A DNA stretch of 64,000 nt. Origin: Antedon mediterranea. Its lineage: Eukaryota > Animalia > Echinodermata. This document shows positions 53,905-64,000 of this stretch, piece after piece (positions within the stretch are counted from its first letter, which is position 1; every line of letters starts with the position of its first letter). The stretch covers positions 12,400,001-12,464,000 of the forward strand of contig NC_092671.1 in NCBI RefSeq assembly GCF_964355755.1. The letters run 5' to 3'. The notes beneath the pieces were generated by a model. The model saw nothing but the letters and a program-made list of their open reading frames with translations, was not told where the DNA came from and searched no databases. The translations under genes were made by a program, and so were the position numbers.

Positions 53905-55627
53905 GTAGGTAAGAAAGCAGAAAACACATGACACTGACAGCAAGTCAATGCTGCTATAATCAATTATGTACAGATTCAGATGTCATCAGACATGGTTTTC
54001 ATTTATATTCATTTATTTGAATTTTTTTAATTTACTACTGTGAAGCTAACAGGAGTGTGTTTGTCAAGAAATATATCTGCCTTATTGATTACTTTCTCTT
54101 TCCATGATCTTATTCCATTTTAATATGTATTCTATCTAGCATTTTACCAGCATATGCACCATGTTTTGGAATTAATTTAGAATGATGTTTATTAATTTTA
54201 CATGCACGATTTTTACAAAGCAAAACAACTCCTCTTGTGAATAAAAATAAATGGTTTAAAATTTATTTAGTTGAAGCTTGGAGTTCAGGTCAATTCTATT
54301 TATTATTTGGAACATTGTGACTATTTTATCTTTTTATTTAAAGTATTACTTCAGTCTATTTTATTTTATAAATTTTTCATTTTTTCTATTAAAATACTGT
54401 TGTTTATTATTGTCATTCTATCCATAATTTTTTTCGACTTGTTAATAAAATACTGACAGATTGCTGTTACATACAAAAATACTGTAAATTATACTGTATT
54501 TATATCCATCCATTTTCTCTACTCATAAACCACATTTTGCCGTCGCCACAAACAGATGAAAAATATTTGTGTTTTTGTCCAATTTTTACAACATAACTTA
54601 AATTAGAACATTAAATCAATCATTAATGTTTAAATAATATATCAGAAGATGTTTGTAAATCAAAATGTTAATGCAAAGTATTTTGAGTAGAAACATTTCT
54701 GTGTGCAAAATATTACACTGCATTTATTCTCTATTCGTTACCTGCGTAATGGAATGACAACCACTGGAATTATATTCAAGATGTTTATGTTTAGTAGCTT
54801 CTGTATACTGTAAAGTATACGAAGTATGTGTTTCTGCACAAACAGCGGTTATGCTAGTTCATCACCATATACATTAAAAAAACATTTTTTTTTTTAAATA
54901 CCAACAATTTATTTTAATATTTGCTCATACTTTTTAATGTGAAACTAATTATGATTCAATTTTGTTGCAAATTATAATATTGGAACTATTATTAATATTA
55001 CCAACATGTGAATATTGTTATTTATAAATTGATTCTTGGTTTTTAATGTGAACAAATTAGTAGGTGGCCGCATGTGTGGGAAAAATGAGTTGTTTTTCTT
55101 CTTATTGGAAATATCCCTACTGTGAAATTAATTTCATGTCAAGGAATTCCAATGAAATTAGTTGGAAATTTGAATTTTGGCTACTGTAGCAAAAGCACAA
55201 CATAATGCTCAGTATGAGAACGCTTTTGATGATTAGAAGGTTTGTTCATAGGAACTCAATCATACTAACAATTCTTCCTATTGAGTTTCATTTCACCAGT
55301 TTTATTACCTACTTCAAGTTTTTGGGATTTTGTTAAATTTTAACTTATTCATATTATTGTTTTAGTTAGCCTCAGTATACTATACTTACCATAATTTGGA
55401 TAAAGATCTTGTGCATCATATTCAAATAAACTTACCCGGAGTTACACCAAATTTGGAAATATCCACCAGCGTGAGAAAAAGCATAGGTTATAAATGATTT
55501 GAACTTAGACCAACCAACTACTATTACTCTCTAATACATTTGTATTCAGTATGTACACTAACATATTACTAAACTTATATTTACCATTTTTATATTCTAT
55601 ATCTAAATTTGAAAATTGTTTGTTGCT

Positions 55628-55783
55628 TATTTATACTGAGCGACCTCTTCAGTCGAAGACTGGTCTCCCAGAGGACCCAGTTATGATCAATGGCTGTGAT
55701 GTACTAGTACAATGGGGTAACTCCCTACTCGTCTCAACAGATGTACCAGGTTCTTTAAGGTGCACATGAGCCAGATGTACACT

Positions 55784-55817
<34 letters not shown>

Positions 55818-55920
55818 TCGTTCTACTGCCAGAACCATGGAGCGAGTAAGCTTGGAACCCTTGCCAATGTTATAGCTACGTAATTACGGTTCCACGTCTT
55901 AACCGCTCGGCCACTCACAC
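55628..55920 (-). mobile_element. tRNA-derived SINE with Deu/Nin-like central domain
   Basis: Minus strand A box GTGGCCGAGCGGTTAAG, then GATAAGGACTATAAACCGTAGGTCC...TTAAAGAACC...GAGTAGGGAGTTACCCC resembling the Deu/Nin domain; 5' fragment of the same family at 24215-24316. Confidence 0.7.
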
Positions 55921-57702
55921 ACACATGGAGTAGAATAGAACAACAAATCCGAGTTGTTATCCAATCAAATTTGATCTATATCATAAAAGCCACTATGGTA
56001 TAATGGAAAGATGTCAGCATATCAAGCAGAAGATTCCAGGTTTGAATCTTGGTTGGGATGACTTTCCTGTTACCTATTTCCTTATCTTGATCATTTATTA
56101 TTATATTAATTAATTTCCAATATATCACGGGGTGGTTTAGTGTTTCTTTATGACTATAAATTTAAGAATATAGAACATCGATATATCTGTGTAGTAATGT
56201 TACAGCAGTGCGCTTTAAAAATAGAGTGCAGGAATTTGAGATGCATCACAAGATTGGTTAGTAAAGCAAATACAGGTGTATTTGAACTAAAGTATCATTC
56301 AGTAATAATCATACCATTGCCTGCTGTCTGATAGAATCGTTTCATAATTACTACTGTTAATTCATTTTTATAAGGAATTAATAATTAGTCGACTTGATTA
56401 TATTTTTTTCTGGACTAGTTATCGCTGGTATTTTTCTAGCCTACAACATGCTTGTTAAAATTAGTTGCAAAATTGCCCTTGTTTGATGCTCACTGGGCAC
56501 AAAATGGTGGTAAATTTTCTAGTCCAAAGTGATTAGTAGAGAACAATGTTTGGCTCTTCGAAGCAGAAATGAAGTACCACTCTCAATAGCTTATAAACAT
56601 ATTGTTACTCTAATGAAAGAATATAATTTAGAAATGTTATCAATGAAAACATGTCGGTATTATACTACATGTACAATTTAACAAAAATGAAGGAAAAAAA
56701 TTTGTAAGAATCTAAAGCAATAGTCAGTATTACAAGTATTTTTTTTTTTTTTTTTTGTTAGTATGAACAGTAATTCTAACATTCAATAAGCTATGTATAT
56801 TATGCAATAAATGTGTCATTTAATCCTTTACATTAGCATTTTTAATTTTATCATAACATATAATTATGAACCCTATTATTGGATTGTATAATTATGACAT
56901 AATATGAAATGTTAAATGAAACATATTGAATGGATTTACATTATTATTATTGCAATGTTTAGATGCATACCGATTGGCCAAATGTATACCTTTGCGATAA
57001 TCACTAAATTCCCTCTGTGTATTTTGGATTGAGCATTGGCGCAAAATGATAATATAGTCTAAATTGGAGTGTGTATTGCAGGTGACAAAACTGTGGTCTT
57101 GTTTTCATGTAACTCTCCTTTTGTATATATGATTTTAAGTAGAGATTACAATTGAACACTAGTGATATAGTATATTGTAACAGTAGGAATTATAAAAAGC
57201 TAAGGGCACATAAAACAATTGACAGTGAAGATATATTTTTCATTAAATTATGTTAAATTGCTTTCCCTTGCCCTACACCACCCATTTAAAAACTCCATCA
57301 AATATGCTCTCTGTTTACCCCATGAAAATCATGTCATAATAAAGTTCAATGAACATTCGTGCATCGAAATAACACTGCATATTTACTATACATAGTCTCA
57401 TAAATTTAGGTTTGTACCTTTGGACTTCTAAATTGTTTAAATCTGCAATTACATGGTAAAAGTGTTTACCCTGTGCAGTCACTTGGTCATGAATTGTTTA
57501 TATTATTTGTATTCTGTTGACAGTTCAGATCTACAGTATCTTTATCTTATAAATTGACATGAATTATATGAATGACAAAAAGTTATTGAATAAGTAGATG
57601 TTTATGGACCTTATTTATTTAAGGTGACGTGATAAAAACATAACAAACCAATTATTAGTATAGTCTGGGAAAAAAATTATATATATATAATATATATCCA
57701 AT

Positions 57703-57747
57703 CTGCAGACAGTACTGTTTCGATCTTATTAGATCTCGTCAGTGCAG
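57703..57747 (-). ncRNA. Type I hammerhead ribozyme, canonical core
   Basis: Minus strand CUGCA-CUGACGA-GAUCU(AAUA)AGAUC-GAA-ACAG(UA)CUGU-C-UGCAG: all core nucleotides, stems I/II/III paired, GUC cleavage triplet. Confidence 0.88.
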
Positions 57748-59071
57748 CTCAGGTTTCGAAATGAAATGTACAGCAGAACTGGCACAATATATAGGCTATA
57801 TATATATATTTAACACTCAGTCTTGTTATTTTGAATTCCCTTAAATTACAACTAACTGAACATTCATATATAGAAATATGGGAGGATAATACGATGACTT
57901 TATGTCCTTTTGCAATATAATTTATATATCGATGGAAGGACAATGCAAAGAATGAATTATGTCTTTTTTAAAATATGAGAGGACACTGCAATGAGCAAAT
58001 TTACTGAATGTTGTGTCCTTTTTAGAGATAATTATTTGAAGGATAGAAAATACTTTCGCTCTATTTAATACTTCAAATGTGAATTAAGATCAAATTCATA
58101 ACATTTCATTTTTCAAATTCCTCAAACTACAGTATTTCTCATATCGATATCATTTTATCATTGGTTATGAAATTATGATATTTGAATTCCACATAACATA
58201 ATTATGTAAAGTTCCCTTGCTATTTTAAATATCAATGTAATATAATTATTTTATTACAAAGTATATTGACAATTGATTAGTGTATATGCAACTGAAAAGT
58301 TGATGAAATAGTATTATTTTGTAATAAAACTATTGTATATATGGCTTATGAAAATTCAATAAGAACATTTTTGCAAAGTCATGAATTAAAACAAATATTT
58401 TGAATACTGTAAATTTATACTACATTATTGGTCAAGTCAACTAAAATATGGTGTAATGTTGATAATTTTTGTACTGATTTCAAAGGATAAATGTATTGAC
58501 TGAATGTTGTACAAGTATCATAGTATTAGAATTAAAGTCAGTGGGCGGATGGTCAATATCTACTCTAGAAATCTGTGGTACAGTAATTCCAAGTATTCTG
58601 CTGTTTGTTTTGGAAAGTCTATTTTGTAAGTACTCACAAGAGAGGAAGGCACAACAACAAAAACTTGTTGGTGGTTCATTTATTATAGCGAAGAATTTGG
58701 AAAATCAATATACAGTAGTACTATGTATAATGTAAACTTAAAAGTGGCAATAACCTTGAGATTAGAAGTCAAGGGTCATATCCACTTGACAATGAGGCAA
58801 TTGGTCCTTTGTAACTTATTCCATTTTTGGCTTAAATAAAGGATTACTGAATCATCCTAGCCTTGAAACACATTTTGTTTCGTACTCTTTTGAGGCAGTT
58901 TTATAGCCTTCCAGTTTACAATGAGAAAAAGATGACACAAAAGTAGTAGGTTTAATTGTAGTATAGTGTCAACTCTCACAAAACCATACTTTAAATAAAA
59001 AAAGTTGATTTTTTAAATTGAATTTAAAATGACACAGACATTGCGATTTTTGAACATTTCACCAATACCAT

Positions 59072-59175
59072 TTTAACATCAACTACCGGTAGTAAAACTC
59101 TGGAGTTTTACACACTATCTGCAATTTGTATGGTACAGTATGTGTAAATCTGGAGTTTTACCAGTTGATGTTAAA
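59072..59175. repeat. Imperfect ~100-bp inverted repeat (probable MITE remnant)
   Basis: TTTAACATCAACT...GTAAAACTC / GAGTTTTAC...AGTTGATGTTAAA. Confidence 0.6.
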
Positions 59176-59770
59176 CGGGGACTATTTTAAAACTTCTCTA
59201 CAAATATATTGTGATAATAGTTTCTTGGTTCAACAAGATAATTATAGGCTTGACCAAATTATAAAGGCATTATAGATCAAATTATGAGATCATTTTTTGT
59301 GACTGTATTACTATACATGATATAAATATCTGTACTATCAAGTAGGCCTGGTATCTATTGTGAAGATTTTAATATGTAATGTATAGGATACTCCATTATT
59401 TAAATAATTTGTAATTACTGATTAATTAAGGTTAAGGATTTATAGAAACCTTTGTAATCTAATAGGTGTTTACTTAAACCTAATTAATTCATTATCGATT
59501 TATATAAGTTCATCACATATATTGACCTGTGTAATGAAATGATGAAAACAAATCAGGAATATGAATTCAATACCTTAGTAGCAAATTGATGACTAAAAGA
59601 ATTTTAGTTAAAACCTGTGATTCATCTCGGTCAGTTTATTTTAGTTAATATTTTGTGGGGTAACAACTTATATTTTTCAACTTCTTTTTTTTTCTTATAT
59701 TTATTTGTTTTATACCAAAATGTAGCATTACACAAGTACCACTAACCTTATCATTGATTTTTAAATATGT

Positions 59771-59906
59771 TACTGACATATTAAAATAATTTTCTTTTTT
59801 TTTCCAGATTCAAATGAGGGAACAGGCTCATCATCTGTTTACTGACATATTAAAATAATTTTCTTTTTTTTTTAGATTCAAATGAGGGAACAGGCTCGTC
59901 ATCTGT
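59771..59906. repeat. ~69-bp tandem duplication spanning a splice acceptor
   Basis: tactgacatattaaaataattttc(T)n..agattcaaatgagggaacaggctc.tcatctgt twice. Confidence 0.95.
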
Positions 59907-59963
59907 ACCTCTATCAAATCAAAGCAATGAATCCCCTGTATACAAGAGAAAAGGAAGTATAAA
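59876..59963 (+). CDS. TRIO: Trio exon, Ser-rich linker (SNEGTGSSSVPLSNQSNESPVYKRKGSI)
   Basis: ttttag| and AA|gtaagt; 88 nt, phase 1-2; resembles the SP..KR.G..(RKWL) linker after SH3-1. Confidence 0.75.
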
Positions 59964-60867
59964 GTAAGTATTTTATTTCATAATCATCCAACAGCAAGCA
60001 CAAACTCGCCAATTACAGGATGGATAAACTATTTTATATTTTTCATGCTTATAAACTAAGTCTCATTTGAAGCCTATGGAGTGGAGTTGAAAGAGTGGTG
60101 GGTTACAACTCATGGCACTAGGTCAGGATTGAACTCTGGACGTTGGGATAGGAAGGCAAGCACGTTAACCACCAAGCTACAACTCCAGTACTATTAAATT
60201 AGTTTGTTCAGGTTGACAGTAAAATAGTACTGTAGTCTGCAAATAAATCCAGCTTGATTTACTATATTTCACTGTAGATTGTATAAACTGTGACTGGCTA
60301 GCCTACTGGGCTAACTTGCCACATGTGTCCGCTACAACATTCCGATCTCCCCAAGGAGTTAAATAGTGTCAGGCAGTTGCCACCAAATTGCGTTCATCCG
60401 TCTGTGATTAAGGTGGACCAGTCTGTGATTAAGGTGGACCAGAACACCACGGTATAACCACATCTCTTCCGAAAGGTGAACTAGATTCTGATGTGTATTT
60501 TTAGTCCACACCTTGAACATGTGTTGGCACTGTTCGGCTATAAGTTTGCGGTACTTTTGCGGTGTTTGTCCACTCGACTAAACTGTGTGAATGTCATTCC
60601 TTTGTTCTTGACCAGATACTCAGCTTGTCATAATGTCCGAGGTTCAAATCTAGCATCAACTATTGGTTGACAAAATGATGTTAAGATAATGCAATAACTT
60701 GTGATTCGTGATTTCTGTCTTTTATGAATATATTATTATAAATATATAATAATTTATGTAAAATTTATTCATCTTTTTATTTTATTTTTATTCTTGTTTA
60801 TTTCATCTATTCTATATGTATATATGTATAAGTCTGACTATTAATTCAGTAGGCAAAGAACAATAAT

Positions 60868-61210
60868 TCTAAACCGCCCGGTGATATACTGAAATTTAAT
60901 TAATTAATTTGAAACGATAAAGATGAGGAAATCTGTGAGAATGAGAAAAAGTCGCCTCAACCGAGACTCGAACTCGGACCGTCTGCTTGATATGCAGTTG
61001 CCCTAACCATTAGACCACTGGGGCTTTCATGGTATTGTTCAAACTCGATTGGATAGCGACTCTTTAAAATTCTCGGCGTGGTACGGCGGAACAGCACTAG
61101 TCCTCAGTTGTACACACGCGCAACAGAGATCAAATTGATACGCCCTCATCTTACAGTATTTTTATTCACGAGGCGGGATCTCCGAAGCGGGATCTCCGAA
61201 GTCTGACTAT
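60868..61210 (+). mobile_element. Interspersed repeat with internal antisense tRNA-like cassette (other copies 44732-44822, 50960-51112)
   Basis: Three copies share (T)CTAAACCGCC...AAACGATAAAG...GAGAATGAGAAAAAG; 60954-61024 reads on the minus strand as a cloverleaf with A box, B box and TTTTT; class (Helitron-like?) uncertain. Confidence 0.65.
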
Positions 61211-62338
61211 TAATTAGAATATTGCCTGTATACCTACTTTTGCTTTGTTTATTATACTATACATATTTTGTAAATTAGAATTTCTTGAAAGGAAAATGCA
61301 CATTCATTATTATTTACCTGCGACTTTCCTAGTAAGAAATATATTATTAATACAATTATTGGAAAAGGTTCAACAACACCAATTCTGAGAGTTTTTTGTT
61401 ATATACATACCCGGAAAATTCTGAATTCTTATAATTGAACGTGATGTGACCAAATAGTACAATAACCAAACAGATAATAATTAAAGATCAATTCAAACAA
61501 AAACCGAAATTTTAATCATTATTAATATTTAATTATACATATAGATTAGAGTCCCTATAGATTGATATATTGTCAACTTTTTATCTAGACTCTACAGTAC
61601 AAGAAATTTAAACCATTTTATTTATTTTTCTACTTAAAATATAACAATAATGTAGTAATTAGTAATTACTAATATTCATATTAGTATTCATTGGAATGAG
61701 CTTATTAGGTATGCAAAACCTCTTATAATAAATTATGATTTTTTATTTTCACTCTCCAAAGGGATCAGTTTATTTGTGTGTGTGTTTTCAATCCAACATG
61801 AGGGTATGAAATATCCATGCATTATATGCTGTAGGTTTATTATAATATAAAACTCCTTTTTTGTACCTCTCGTGTAGTATAGAGGACCTGACATAGATAT
61901 TCCTTTCAGATTGCATCTTGCTGCTGAGGGCTTGCCTTAATAATGCATTTGACATTTCTGAAACAAAATCAATAAGACTTGAGAGTTGTATGTTTGCCTT
62001 GATCAATTTATCGGCCATCTCAAAACGCTCAAGAATGCTATTATTTTTAGCCAAGCATCAAATAAATATTTGTAAATAATAAATTTAAGCAATTAACATA
62101 ATGTAAAATGTTTTCAACAGCATTGGTCTCGGGATAAATTATATGATTCAGTGACCTGCATATTGTTGTGCTTTAAAGAAAAATATACTTAAAATATTAA
62201 TGCTATCACAAAAAGGCAGATACTGTACTGTCACTAACAATCGATGCCAGGACCTAACAAAAATACTGAAAAAAATGTGTATGTTTGATTAGATAGTCAC
62301 TTGTTTTGTTACATTTATCAACTCTGAATATGAAAGTA

Positions 62339-62533
62339 CAGTTGAACCATTACTAATGTAACCCAACATAGTATCCACTTAAGAACCATCCCTCTCCCCT
62401 TAATGGGATTGGCCATAGTGTAAAAACCTATGTGTAATATCCATTGTTCGTTTCATGAAATCCATGAAAATGTCCCATTTAGATACGGGTATCCCCTGAT
62501 TTGGGGTGACGTCCCCAAGGCATGGTTCTACTC
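62339..62533. mobile_element. Tc1/pogo-like MITE, decayed
   Basis: TA|CAGTTGAACCAT ... ATGGTTCTACTC|TA. Confidence 0.6.
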
Positions 62534-64000
62534 TAAATATTTCAAACACCCGTTGCGAATCTAAAACATTAACGATTTCATTTTATGTATTTAATGCTTG
62601 TTTCAAACTCATCTTATTAAATATTATAATTTAGAAAAATAATTACCAGCACCAGTTTACATAGTGTTGCTAACTATAAAGAATGCTACTACAGTTTGAT
62701 AATAGATTTCCATACAACTATTTTCAATTATAAAATCCATTTTAGCACACATATTTCAATTTACCATCCCCACCATTACTCACTGCAATTATTATTATAA
62801 TTGTTTTACTTGGAATTCAATTATTTATGGTGGTATTATAACTGCTTTGGTTTTCCAATCATAAATCATTGATTAACATTTTTATAATTTGATATTCATT
62901 TGTGAGAAGGGATGGAGTGTGGGGAGGAGAGATAAATGGAAATTTATTAGGCCCATGTTATTCAAAGTAACATACAGTTAGTACTTTTGGCTTTCATTAA
63001 ATATTCATGTTTATACAGTATGAATAATAAAGATTTGTTCTGTTTTGAAATATTTCCAGGGCAATTGATATATTTGTTTAGAATATTTATTAAACAGTCC
63101 CCGGCATAATAATGATGGTAATAATATTTTGTCAATTGAAATTTATTTACACCATTTTATCTTTTTTCCTATGATGATGGAAAGTATAATATGTTATGGA
63201 TGTATATACCTTTAAGGACAAAATAACAATTAAAAATGAAATCATGTCTTAGTAGATTTTTTTATTCCATTAATCTAATAACAACTAACCAATTGTAACT
63301 CTAAAATTAAGATTTGTCTTGGCCCGCAAAAGATATTTTGAACTGAATTCTATACAAATATTATTATATTTTAGGCCTATAATACATCTTCCATTTACCA
63401 CATCTTTACAATACAACCTTTAAAAGGTCTTTTTTCGAGTCCAGTTACTTCTGAACTTTTATTTCAGCTCCATTCAAAGTAGTAGTGGTGCCAGTCCGAT
63501 CGATGATTACCACACATTTAGTGTTATGAATAACTTTTTACTAACTTGATAATTAGTGATTCAGATTAGAAATAAATAATTTGTTTAGGTAGGCCTTGAA
63601 TCTGCTATATGAATGTTTAGTTAGGGAATAATCACTCCATTTACGGGTGGTGATACACGTTGGACTTTAAAAATGGAAAATTTAACAAAGGTAACTTTAT
63701 CCAAGACCATCTGTAAGTTTGACCATTGTTCGAATTTGAATAATTTCACTCATTAGTTTTATCATAGTTTTAATAAAATTTAACTAAACTAGGATTGACG
63801 TTGATGGTATCAGCTCATTTTACCTGGAAAGACGAGGAACAAATAGGGGGGCAGTGGTTGATGTTGGTTTTAGTTTAACTCTGGGGGAATTATAGGGCAT
63901 TCGGATTGTCTTTTCTTGGTCACTATAGCCTGCAACTCAGCTTAACTTGACCTGATTATTAAATCCAGTGCAAATGAGGATTTACTATTACTATTTTTTA

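Larger units (their letters stand above)
13898..59963 (+). other. TRIO: Trio/Kalirin-family Rho-GEF gene, internal part (spectrin repeats, DH1-PH1, linker); 24 exons, open at both ends
   Basis: Hand-spliced GT-AG exons give a continuous 3509-nt frame with Trio/Kalirin signatures ([53 protein letters not shown]). Invertebrates generally have one Trio/Kalirin co-ortholog. Confidence 0.95.

Noticed and set aside
61788-62054. 88-aa minus-strand ORF with protein-like composition
   Set aside because: TTG start, no recognisable homology and no convincing splice sites.

Overview
AT-rich, repeat-rich animal genomic DNA (probably a marine invertebrate; species not determinable here). The window lies inside one large + strand gene, a Trio/Kalirin (UNC-73) family Rho-GEF. 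I assembled 24 GT-AG exons by hand (13898-59963, 3509 nt, open and phase-consistent). They encode spectrin repeats, the first DH-PH (Rac/RhoG GEF1) unit, an exon at the position of SH3-1 that looks degenerate, and the following linker. The Sec14 N-terminus and GEF2 are outside the window. The introns carry many non-autonomous elements (Helentron/HINE-like, piggyBac-, Harbinger-, Tc1/pogo-, hAT- and ISL2EU-like MITEs, Deu/Nin-type SINEs) and local tandem duplications. Most notable: three hammerhead-ribozyme motifs (one fully canonical), a Helentron-like element carrying two tRNA-Val(AAC) copies, splice-site duplications that create new splicing options, and candidate alternative first and last exons at positions where Kalirin/Trio/UNC-73 isoforms are known to arise. 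All homology calls are from recall, not database searches.
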